A stretch of 64,000 nt of DNA from Candidatus Bathyarchaeota archaeon (GTDB taxonomy: Archaea > Thermoproteota > Bathyarchaeia > Bathyarchaeales > DTEX01), in assembly GCA_963714275.1 (NCBI GenBank), contig CAVQNT010000001.1, positions 32,001 to 96,000 of the forward strand, given 5' to 3'. The notes beneath the pieces were generated by a model that saw only the letters and a list, made by a program, of their open reading frames with translations, was not told the origin of the DNA and searched no databases. Within the stretch, counting starts at the first letter, position 1, and every line of letters begins with the position of its first letter. Below are positions 43,507 to 52,573 of this stretch, one piece after another. Made by a program: the position numbers and the translations under genes.

Positions 43507-45702
43507 TCATGCTACGTTGAAGCTGTACCTGTTTTGTGAGATCACTATTCCGTTATAGTCTGTTAGCTTTGCATCTAACATGAAAGAGTCAACAAGGTCT
43601 TCGGGAATCATCGATTCTATTTGACCTATAGGTAAAGCTGAGTCATCATGGATGTCAGTGTTCATCGATGTCTCCATAAGCGTTTTTCCCCGGTTATCAA
43701 TTATTCTGAATTCTGCGAAACACTTTCCTAGAGTCTTGTGAAGGTCGTTAATCACCCACACCTTGCATTTGAAAGTTTCGCCCTTACTCCAACTCTTTTT
43801 TGGGTACTCTGCGCATACCAACACGGGAGCATAGGCGTCTTTGACAGTGTAGTAAGCGAGTTTCGGTCTAAGGAACCAGTCAACGACGCTCCAACATATA
43901 GAAGGCCATGGCTCGTTGAACTGCCAAAACATACATCCACTGATTCGATACTTCATACGTCTGAAATACTCAATACCATACTTTAATGTCTCAGCTTGGG
44001 CTTTCTGCGTAGCTTCCACAAAATCTTTTAGAGTACTAGGATCTGTATGCGTGATTTGTTGTACGTAGTGTCTCATCTTCTCCATTTCTATGAAGTGATA
44101 TTTCCAACTTGGTCCTGCAGGCCACAACTCCTCAGGTGGAATAAATTCCTTTAAACTTTCAACACAGGGCACAGACTGCAATCCAAACTCGCTGATAAAC
44201 AGGCTTTCCTTGTCTTCTGAGTAGAACTCGATTGGTTTAAACCTATGCCAAACCTGCCAGTTGTGAAAATCAAACTTTAATCGTGTCTCATCCTGTTCTG
44301 GGGGACCTGATACAGATATGAAGGGGCGGGAGGGATCAACCTTCTTACAGACTTTTTCCAAGGTTTTTATCAATTTTAGGTTTTTTACATAACTATACTC
44401 GTTTCCTCCGCACCAAGCTATGAGGCTTGGGTGGTTACGTAGGGTCTTAACCACTTCGCCACATTCAACTGCTACTTTCTCCAGAAAGTCTGGTGTCTGA
44501 GGGTAGTTCAGGTTTGCAAAAGCAAATTCCTGCCATACCAAGATACCCAATCGGTTACATATATTATAGAACTCCTCTTTCTCCCTTATGTGCCAACCAT
44601 GGATTCTCAAAATATTCATGTTTGCTTCCTTAGCCAATGTAAGTAGTTTTTCGTACCGTTCTCGAGAAAACCTGCCATAAAGTAGGTCAATATTAGTCCA
44701 GTTAGCTCCCTTCACGAAATTCCTTTTACCATTGATACAGAAGGTCCATGGTGCGCTATCTTCAGGCGCTCCTTTATTGGGAATTATCCTTACCTCTCTT
44801 ATGCCAAAGACTCTCATAACATTATCAAGACTTTTCCCCTCTTCCAGAACCTCAACGGATGTCTTGTATAGGTTTTGTTCACCCATGTCCCAAGGCCACC
44901 AAAGCCTAGGTTCAGGTACTTCAAGGTAAATCGCTAATGATTGTGATCCCGGGGGCACCTCAAACTCTACACTTTTATCAGAGGTCTTTGAAACGAAGTT
45001 CTCACCTGTTACGCTATTTTTAAGCGTGACCTTCTTTCTATCAGTCGAAGTGTTATAGATACTAATCTCGTTCGTGAGATGTGCTACATTTTCGCCAATT
45101 TTCGATGTCACATATAGATCTTCTATGTAAACCTTTCCCGTAGCTACTATCTCAGCATCTTCCCAGATGCCCATAGTAATGAGCTCTGGGACATAATCGA
45201 TAGAATAGCCTAGGTTACATTTTCGTCCACCAGTCTTGGATCTGTCCTTTGGTGGAGGATGAATACATACAGCGATGAGGTTTTTTTCACTTTCGCCATA
45301 GTTAACGACATTTGTTATGTCGAAGACTATTGGAGAAAACATGCCTTCATGAGCCCCGATGTGCTTCCCATTCAACCAGAAATCAGCCTTAAAGTCAACA
45401 CCGTGGAAGACGAGCCTAACGACCTTACCTCTCCAGTTTTCAGGCACTGAAAACCATTTTCTGTACCACCACTCGTAGTCAACAACCCACTTTATCTTCT
45501 CGTTATTCCTGCCCCAATAGGGGTTTGGAATCACGTTTTCATCTATTATAGCTGAATGGACATCTCCCGGAACACTTGCTCTAACCCAATTCCAAATCAT
45601 AGCCCAGAAATCCGGTTGATAAACGCCCTCTTCCACTCCCTCACCGGGCCTAAACTGGTGAAGAAGCCAGTCTTTTCCGTTAAGACTTAATTGCTCTCTC
45701 AT
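43507..45702 (-). CDS. Glycoside hydrolase family 2, beta-mannosidase-like
   Basis: VPGDVH, WWYRK.F, FHGVD...WLNG, LWWP..MGEQNLY, KGANW, LRNHPSL..WCGGNE, FISEFG.QS, WQFNE.WP. Confidence 0.9.
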   Translation of the reverse strand: MREQLSLNGKDWLLHQFRPGEGVEEGVYQPDFWAMIWNWVRASVPGDVHSAIIDENVIPNPYWGRNNEKIKWVVDYEWWYRKWFSVPENWRGKVVRLVFHGVDFKADFWLNGKHIGAHEGMFSPIVFDITNVVNYGESEKNLIAVCIHPPPKDRSKTGGRKCNLGYSIDYVPELITMGIWEDAEIVATGKVYIEDLYVTSKIGENVAHLTNEISIYNTSTDRKKVTLKNSVTGENFVSKTSDKSVEFEVPPGSQSLAIYLEVPEPRLWWPWDMGEQNLYKTSVEVLEEGKSLDNVMRVFGIREVRIIPNKGAPEDSAPWTFCINGKRNFVKGANWTNIDLLYGRFSRERYEKLLTLAKEANMNILRIHGWHIREKEEFYNICNRLGILVWQEFAFANLNYPQTPDFLEKVAVECGEVVKTLRNHPSLIAWCGGNEYSYVKNLKLIKTLEKVCKKVDPSRPFISVSGPPEQDETRLKFDFHNWQVWHRFKPIEFYSEDKESLFISEFGLQSVPCVESLKEFIPPEELWPAGPSWKYHFIEMEKMRHYVQQITHTDPSTLKDFVEATQKAQAETLKYGIEYFRRMKYRISGCMFWQFNEPWPSICWSVVDWFLRPKLAYYTVKDAYAPVLVCAEYPKKSWSKGETFKCKVWVINDLHKTLGKCFAEFRIIDNRGKTLMETSMNTDIHDDSALPIGQIESMIPEDLVDSFMLDAKLTDYNGIVISQNRYSFNVA

Positions 45703-45957
45703 GGAAATGCAGCCGATAAAACATTTAATGGTTACCTTAAAAATTTTTTCATATAAAGCCATATAAAGCTAATGACACATGATTGACTTTACTTATAGGC
45801 TCATATGGATGACAGGTCTTTTATGCCTTCCAAGGAGGAGTATGCCATCATTCTAAGGTTATTGGATGTTGTGAGGACATAAACTATCCCCGATGTCAGA
45901 GAGGGTTAAGCATGAAAGGCATTTAGAAAATACTCTCACCAAATCACTTAGACTAAG

Positions 45958-45983
45958 TGGAGCCCCGGACGGGATTCCAACCC
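45958..45983 (-). repeat. tRNA 3'-end fragment, copy 1 (att/TSD-like)
   Basis: Reverse complement GGGTTGGAATCCCGTCCGGGGCTCCA = T-arm + acceptor strand + U73 + CCA; no 5' half present. Confidence 0.75.
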
Positions 45984-46377
45984 CTACTTCTGGTGCCCTT
46001 CCCATCAACCTCGTTTCTATTGATGCGATCTGCGAATTTCATCTTCCAATATAAGTCTATAATTTTGATCTTTAATCATAGAAGTATTAAAATTAGTAGA
46101 AAAAAAGCTAACAAATGAACCTCGCAAAACTCTCGTTCACATTGAGGACATTTTAATAATTTTTTCGGTAAATTGTCATTTTTACTGACACTACATTCTG
46201 GACAGATACTCAATGTTTCCCCCTAGTAATACTTGATTTAATATGGAAAAAAAGCTTTTGATATAGCTGACTTTGTGTTGTGCGTGTTTTTTGTTTGTGT
46301 TTTTATAAGTCGCAAAATTTTTGTGTATTCTTTCGAAACTGATAAATATTAAGTGTCAAACTTAAGCGTGAAAATAA

Positions 46378-46524
46378 ATGCTGAACTTAAAAGTTGGTTT
46401 TATACCTTGTGGCGTCCATGTTAAAGTAACGGATTCGTTCGGTCGTCCATTCATAGACTATCAAATGCTAGAACAAGCGGTGAACAGTCTAGCTAGCGCT
46501 AGCTCAGGAGACTCACATTGTTGA
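46378..46524 (+). pseudogene. Truncated paralogue of the 5' end of the L-fucose isomerase-family gene at 20577
   Basis: MLNLKVGFIPCGVHVKVTDSFGRPFIDYQMLEQAVNSL vs MSTSKVGFIPCGVHVKMKDTFGRPLIDHQMIEQAVNSL; promoter TTCGAAACTGATAAATAT also shared. Confidence 0.85.
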
Positions 46525-47752
46525 AGTATACTTTCTTGTGGACATGGGACCATAGCATGGAATGGGCTCCTAATGAGCCAGGAGCAGTGCCGGATGGATG
46601 TAACAACCCCTACAAGAAGAGGCCTCAAGCATTTCTGAAGGATTATAAGGTTCTGGTTGACTACGCCAGCGAGCATAACATAAATGCGGTAATAATTTGG
46701 GGTTTTCTCCGAAAAGCGCATGAAGGCACCAAAGCTTCTAGGAGCTTTGCAGATACGCTAAAGACAAAGGTGTATATGTATGGCCCGGGGTTGGGACATC
46801 CCATTATGGCGGCTTCTACTACAGGAGCCGTCACCCCTTCAACTTAGAGACTTGGCTAAAAATGCATCCTGAACTGAGGGCAACTGGCAAAGACGGTAGA
46901 CCAGAACCTCGGCTTTGTCCTTCCAAAGAAGAAAACAAGGAATGGTTGAGAGCAGGGATAAGATGGTTGTATGAAAACTTCGAAGTTGGAGGGTTGAATT
47001 TGGAGTACGGAGACATCATGGTCTGCTATTGCAGAGATTGCACAAAGACCAGAGAACACATTTCGTCAGGATTCCCTAATGAGCCCAATTACTATAAGGA
47101 TATGGCGATGTCCATCACGCCTGCTATAGAAACCGCTTTCGAAATGGACCATGACACATTAGCTACTTATGCTACTTACACTGGTTTCGACCTGAACATG
47201 GCAAGGAACCCGCCCAGCTTCGTCAAGATCATTCCCGAAAGAGCCATCTGCCAATGGACGGTAACTGACATGATGGAGGACGAATGGCCACCGGAGTCAA
47301 AACCCACAACGAAACACTCCACAGGTTTCACGCATTGGGGAAGCCAATGGTGGAACAACAATACCCGACACGCTCTGGTACTGAATCACATTCAACTTAT
47401 CTGCCGATACGCAAATCAAGCAGGACTGGAAGGAATAGGCATCCAAGGAGAGGTGCCCCCGGAGATAGTTCCAAACGAGCTAAACTACTTGGCCTTAGGA
47501 TATTTCTCGTTACACCCAAATGCAGGCCTAGAAGAGTACGCTGAGGATATTCTAAGAGATCTTTTCGGCGGAACAGTCTCTGCCTCGAGCCTCGTCAGAT
47601 ATCTAAGAATGGAAGATCACTCGACAATCAAAGAAAATCTGAAAGAAATCAAAGAAGCCCAGTATAGAGAGGAAAATCAGACTGATTCAACAATCAGAAA
47701 AAGGTGGAACTGGCTACTGTTCGAAAACCAGAGAAGATACTTTTTCAGCTGA
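46518..47752 (+). CDS. Hypothetical TIM-barrel glycoside-hydrolase-like protein (frameshift ~46740)
   Basis: WTWDH...FLKDYK.LVDY..EH.INAVIIWGFLR, GVG...YGG, LCPS, LNLEYGD...CYC..C; GGAG upstream of TTG. Confidence 0.6.
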
Positions 47753-47800
47753 ACCAAACATACACACCGTGACATATTGTTGTGGCAGAAGTAGAGGTGC

Positions 47801-47821
47801 TGGAGCCCCGGGCGGGATTTG
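47801..47821 (-). repeat. tRNA 3'-end fragment, copy 2 (att/TSD-like)
   Basis: Reverse complement CAAATCCCGCCCGGGGCTCCA. Confidence 0.75.
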
Positions 47822-47949
47822 GGCATCAAATATGGTTCCCTTCTTCGCTAGTTTGCTTGGATATTAGTCCCGTAACTAGCTGAGCTTGCTTGCATCGATT
47901 TAGGTTGTATTTTTTTATACTTGTTGTTGTGTTTATTGTGTGATGGTTT

Positions 47950-48963
47950 ATGGTTAGGATGCGGTTTGCGGTTATTTTGCCAGGCGACGTTTACAAGCCT
48001 GAAAACCTTGTCTTGATGAGGCAGCTGGGCTGCACAGACGTGATTGGGCATGGTCCGCGGCTGATTTATGGCTCCGAGGTTTGGGAGCAAGGCGACATCG
48101 CCCAGATGAAAAGGCACGTCGAAAACTTTGGGCTTCGTCTTGAGGTCCTCGAGGACGGTCCCCAGATAGAAAAGATTGTCTACAACCTTCCAGGTAAAGA
48201 GGAGCAGCTGGAGCACTTCTGTAAGTCTCTCGAGAACCTGGGCGCAGCGGGCATCAAGGTCATTAAGCCTCAGCACATGCCTCCTGTTCCGAATGCGATT
48301 TGGCGGACTGAAAGTGACAAGCTGACCCGTGGAGGAGCAACGTCGACTGCCTTCGATTACGAGTTGGTCAAGGACCTTCCGCTGACGACCAAGTTTGGCA
48401 CTTACAAAGAGGAAGATGTGTGGAAAAACGTGAAGTACCTGTTGAATAGTGTGCTGCCCACAGCGGAGCAGTCAGGCGTTGTTGTGACTTTTCACCCGGA
48501 CGACCCGCCTATATCGCCGATTCAGGGGTTCCCGAGAATCCTCAGAAGCGTGGAAGCCTTCGACAAGCTGCTAGGTCTCGTGCCAAGCGACAACGTCGGA
48601 GTCAACTTCTGTCAAGGATGCTTCGCCGAGATGGGTGTGGATGTTCCAGCCGCGATACGGCACTTTGGCAAACAAAAGAAAATCTTTTTCGCTCACTTCA
48701 GGAACGTAAAAGGCACGGTGCATTCAAAGGGAGGCTTCCAAGAAATCTTTCACGACGACCCAGACGGTCACGTGGACATGTTTGAGGCGATGAAAGCCTA
48801 CTACGAGGTTGGATTCATGGGACCGATGAGGCCTGACCACGCGCCTAAACTGCAGGGCGACGAGGCTTTCGGGGGGTCCGGAGGATACTATGTTCTCGGC
48901 AAGGTGCTTGGACTGGGATACATGAAAGGCTTGGCGGACGCAGTAGAAAAAATGGGCTATTAA
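47950..48963 (+). CDS. uxuA: Mannonate dehydratase
   Basis: FHPDDPP, FCQG.F.EMG, FAHFRNV, EIFHDD, MRPDH, LGYMKGL. Confidence 0.9.
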   Translation: MVRMRFAVILPGDVYKPENLVLMRQLGCTDVIGHGPRLIYGSEVWEQGDIAQMKRHVENFGLRLEVLEDGPQIEKIVYNLPGKEEQLEHFCKSLENLGAAGIKVIKPQHMPPVPNAIWRTESDKLTRGGATSTAFDYELVKDLPLTTKFGTYKEEDVWKNVKYLLNSVLPTAEQSGVVVTFHPDDPPISPIQGFPRILRSVEAFDKLLGLVPSDNVGVNFCQGCFAEMGVDVPAAIRHFGKQKKIFFAHFRNVKGTVHSKGGFQEIFHDDPDGHVDMFEAMKAYYEVGFMGPMRPDHAPKLQGDEAFGGSGGYYVLGKVLGLGYMKGLADAVEKMGY

Positions 48964-49015
48964 GTCATTGGTCTAGTCTGTGGTTCTTCAGAGAAACTTT
49001 CTGTTGTTTTTGTGG

Positions 49016-50257
49016 TTACAATAGTTCGTCGACGTTTTCTTTAATTTTTTGTATGCTTTGCACGACGAGGTCTAAGCCTTCTTTGCCTGAAAGCAGAATC
49101 GGATGAGGCAACGTTATCTCTTCGGCTGTGAATTTTTTGGCTCCGGGCAAATGAAGCTTCTCGTAATCGGGTGTCTTGGCGCCTTCGGGTATTATGTCCT
49201 TCAGGTTTTCTTTTCTGAAGGCTGGCTGCTTGTAAAGTGGCATCCCGTATCCGCTGCCTGCTGGCACGCCCTCTGCGTTTAAGGCTTCGAGGAACCTTGT
49301 TTTTGGGAGTCCTTTGAATTCCGTTTTGTCGTATCGAATGATGAAGAAGTAGTAGCCGCGCTTCGTGATTCGTGAGTCCTTTCTTAACGGTTCAACTCCG
49401 CCTATTCTGCTGATCTTCTCGGCAAGGTATTCGCCGTTGACGCTTTTTTCGTCTACTTCTCGAGGAAGCTCATCCATGTTTGCCAGAAGCAGCGCGGCTT
49501 GAAGCTCCGACAGCCGATAGTTAGAGCTTAGAAGGAAGTGTTCATAACCGGGTCTTCCGACGACCCTGCCGATGTTGTGAATGAGCCTTGCCCTTTCAGC
49601 CAGCTCGTCGTCGTTTGTGAGGACGATGCCGCCTTCGCCTGAAGCAAGAGACTTTGACTCCTGGAAAGAGAAGGATCCCATGTCGCCTATGGCTCCGACT
49701 TTCCGTCCCTTCCATTCGGTTCCGTGGGCGTGAGCACAATCCTCAACGAGGAACAAGTTATTCCGCTTGATGATGGGTAGAATCTTGTCGAAATCAACCG
49801 GATACCCCCCGTAATGGACAACCATAACCGCCTTTATCTCGTCAGTTAACGAGTCTTCTATGGCTGACGGGCTGATTGTGGCGGCTCCCGGATCAATGTC
49901 AACGAATTTTGGGACCGCTCCGACTTCAGTGATAGCTGAGGCTGAAGCGATGAAAGTTACAGCTGGGACCAGAACCTGGTCGCCGAATCCGATTCCCGCC
50001 GTTTTGAGGGCGAGTTCCAACGACACTGTCCCGTTTGCCACTGCTATGCCGTGTTTTGCATCATGGTAAGCAGCGAATGCTTTTTCGAACTGTTCCGCCT
50101 TTGACCCCGCGTATATGCGGCACCATCTTCCGCTGTCCAAGACTTCGAGAAGCGCCTTCTTAGATTTCTCGCTTGCCCTTGGCCACTTAGGCATTTTTTG
50201 TTTAAGTTCAGCAGCTTCAGCTGGCCCACCGTTGACGGCTAACTTATTTTTAGTCAC
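49016..50257 (-). CDS. DegT/DnrJ/EryC1/StrS aminotransferase (RifK/BtrR-like)
   Basis: LAVNGG, FE..FAAYH, ANGT.SLELAL, EDCAHAHG, SFQESK.L.SGEGG, NYRLSELQAA. Confidence 0.88.
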   Translation of the reverse strand: MTKNKLAVNGGPAEAAELKQKMPKWPRASEKSKKALLEVLDSGRWCRIYAGSKAEQFEKAFAAYHDAKHGIAVANGTVSLELALKTAGIGFGDQVLVPAVTFIASASAITEVGAVPKFVDIDPGAATISPSAIEDSLTDEIKAVMVVHYGGYPVDFDKILPIIKRNNLFLVEDCAHAHGTEWKGRKVGAIGDMGSFSFQESKSLASGEGGIVLTNDDELAERARLIHNIGRVVGRPGYEHFLLSSNYRLSELQAALLLANMDELPREVDEKSVNGEYLAEKISRIGGVEPLRKDSRITKRGYYFFIIRYDKTEFKGLPKTRFLEALNAEGVPAGSGYGMPLYKQPAFRKENLKDIIPEGAKTPDYEKLHLPGAKKFTAEEITLPHPILLSGKEGLDLVVQSIQKIKENVDELL

Positions 50258-50346
50258 GATCTCACCAAGGTTGTTGTTAGAGGTTTATAGTCTTTTATAA
50301 CTTCACATATAGGTAAAATAACCTCTAGTGAACCCGTTGGAGTAAG

Positions 50347-50540
50347 AGAAGGAACGGGTTTTAACTTCGAAAGGATGGTTTATTAAGGGTTGACAGAAAT
50401 CTTCAAACCAACATTCAAGGCGTGTTTGCAACCTGCGACTTTACTGGAAGGTTAAACTCAGAACAACAGCCTGTACCAAAAGCATTGTCGCAGCAGTTCA
50501 TGCGTTCGAAACAATCAGGAACCCTTATTGGCTTCATTGA
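50347..50540 (+). pseudogene. Degenerate copy of the 3' end of the FAD reductase gene (53321-53516)
   Basis: GTTGACAGAAATCTTCA.ACCAACATT.AAGGCGTGTTTGCA...TTCGAAAC.ATCA.GAA.CCTTATTGGCT.CATT shared; contains an indel. Confidence 0.85.
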
Positions 50541-50647
50541 CTCCGGAAAAGAGCTGTGGTATATTCTGAAATCTTTCCTGTAAGGGTTTCACTCCACTAT
50601 GTTCTTATATTTATTCTGAGTAATATGGTAGTAAAGAGGGTTGAATA

Positions 50648-51221
50648 ATGGATTTTAAAGGAAGTAGAACCGAGAAAAACCTGTTAGCAGCATTTGCAGG
50701 TGAATCACAGGCTAGAAACCGATACACTTTCTACGCCAGCGTAGCCAGGAAGGAAGGTTATGAACAGATATCCGCTATTTTCCAAGAGACAGCTGACAAT
50801 GAGAAAGAACATGCTCAACTATTCTTCAATCACCTCAAAGGAGGAACGGTTGAAATTAGGGCATCCTATCCTGCAGGCGATGTTGGATCAACAGCAAATA
50901 ACTTAAAAGCAGCAGCGGAAGGAGAGAAACTTGAATGGGGAACATTGTACCCTGACTTTGCCAAGGTGGCTGAAGAAGAAGGCTTCAGAGACATAGCTGA
51001 GAACTTTTCGAGGTGTTGCGAGCGTAGAGAGTTATCATGAGCGACGCTATAGAAAACTGTTAGAGAACGTTGAACAAGGTAAAGTCTTCACTAAAGAAAC
51101 GCCTATTAAATGGAAATGCAGAAATTGTGGTCATGTATACGATGGAAGTGAGGTACCTGAAACATGTCCAGTCTGTGCACACGCGAGAAGCTACTTTGAA
51201 GTTTGGTGCGAGAATTATTAA
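50648..51221 (+). CDS. rbr: Rubrerythrin (frameshift ~51010)
   Basis: AFAGESQARNRY, NEKEHA, GE..E...LYP.FA..A.EEGF; second frame E..HE.RY...WKCRNCGH...CPVCAH. Confidence 0.9.
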
Positions 51222-51248
51222 ATTTCAAGCTTATCAGGAGGAGAAAAT

Positions 51249-51368
51249 ATGACTGAAGTTGGACAAGTGTATTTATGTGAAATATGTGGTAACAAAGTCA
51301 AAGTTCTGGAATCAGGCGTAGGAACACTGGTCTGTTGCGGAAAACCGATGAAACTCTTGAAAAAATAA
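51249..51368 (+). CDS. Stand-alone desulforedoxin (39 aa)
   Basis: [39 protein letters not shown]; CxxC...CC; GGAGGAG upstream; below ORF-track cutoff. Confidence 0.88.
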   Translation: MTEVGQVYLCEICGNKVKVLESGVGTLVCCGKPMKLLKK

Positions 51369-51482
51369 TAAACTGTCTTCAAGAGTCTTTTATCTTTTTA
51401 CAAACAGTGCAATAGATTACTAAAAGCGAGGTACACTTAAGACCTTTTTTCCGTTCACCTCATTGACTGCGAAATTAATAAT

Positions 51483-51761
51483 TCATAAATTTTCCTGTAA
51501 ATTTAGGTAGTCCTCTAAGTCAAATATCTTCTCTGAGTTTCCTATTTCTTTAAATAAACTGAATCCTTCAAGTTGAATTGCGCTTCCGCACTTTTTGCAT
51601 TTAATAGTTACTTTCTCAAGTTCGCCATCCGCCTCTGTACTTTCGAGGATATCATAGACCATGCCTGAGTCGTCGTCTGGAGATATTATCTCTCCACAAT
51701 GTGGACAAGGAAAATCGCCTTCTCCCTCAATCTCTGTAAGGTCGATTTTGAAGTGTTCCAT
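51483..51761 (-). CDS. Small acidic zinc-finger protein
   Basis: CPHCG...ISPDD...CKKCG; GGTGA upstream. Confidence 0.7.
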   Translation of the reverse strand: MEHFKIDLTEIEGEGDFPCPHCGEIISPDDDSGMVYDILESTEADGELEKVTIKCKKCGSAIQLEGFSLFKEIGNSEKIFDLEDYLNLQENL

Positions 51762-51870
51762 CTCTGCTATTCACCCTTAATTTCCTTCCTTAGGTTTGAG
51801 ATTATTTAATGCTTTTTGACACATAGAATTAGCCGCCCATGACATGATTTTAACCACATCCAATCTCCTT

Positions 51871-52303
51871 TTGGTACCAGAGTATTTCATAATCTATTTT
51901 CTAGATGTGGTCTCTCCAAAATGGAGGTTGTAGAAGGGGCTGTAAAAGAACCGGCAGTCTCGACAGTCAGTGTTAGACTTTGTCTTCTGTAAGAAATTTA
52001 TGCCTCCACCTCTCAGCATTTTTTTGGACCTGAATCCATGAAGAGGTGTTTCCAACCTACTGAAACCCCTTGTCCCGAAAATTTTTACTACATATTTTCT
52101 TGTTGAATAGTTTGTGTTGGAGGAGTATCTGACCCTTATTCTGAACGAGCAGCCATCAATTAACTGTGTGGAGAATATTTCACTTTTATTTATAAGATCA
52201 CTGATTTCGAAACCACGGACAGCCATTTCCGCAACCTCCATTCTGGAACTTCAACAACACTAGTTTTAAGTAATATGTGAAAACAAAGGGGGAGGGGTAC
52301 CAA
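51871..52303. repeat. Long degenerate inverted repeat (fold-back / MITE-like)
   Basis: Nested complementary blocks about one axis (~52086); best block 51915-51935 vs 52227-52247 matches 18/21. Confidence 0.65.
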
Positions 52304-52573
52304 TTTTTTTGGCGCAGCCTCATCATTCAAGATTAATGCGTCTAGTTCTATCATTAATCTGAAGGCTTCTAGTCTATTGCAGAATTGCTGCATAGGCTCT
52401 ATATAGTGTTAAAGGTTTACTGGGTCATTTTAATCTACAATTTTAAAAAGTAGGTTAGTGAGTTAGGGGTTGGTAACATTAAATAATCTGAAATGTTAAG
52501 AAGATGGCGAATGAACCTTTAGCATACAGGACTTGTTGTATAGAACGATTTTGATGATGAAGGAATAATAGAA

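Larger units (their letters stand above)
45958..47819. mobile_element. Non-autonomous cargo cassette bounded by tRNA-derived direct repeats and internal inverted repeats
   Basis: 18/19-identical DRs (45958-45976, 47801-47819); IRs 45977-45992 / 47786-47800; no recombinase inside. Confidence 0.55.

Noticed and set aside
45765-45785. Fluoride riboswitch (GCTAATGAC)
   Set aside because: No upstream GGCGATGG/P1 element and no crcB-type gene
45958-47821. Intact or split tRNA genes
   Set aside because: Only T-arm/acceptor 3' pieces; adjacent sequence gives no D or anticodon arm
51901-52263. SRP or RNase P RNA
   Set aside because: Similar length, but lacks the RNase P GAGGAAAGTCC and SRP helix-8 motifs and is AT-rich
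51894-52393. ORFs 51894-52241 and 52190-52393 as genes
   Set aside because: No recognisable motif; they overlie the fold-back; the apparent GGAGGT RBS is part of the repeat arm
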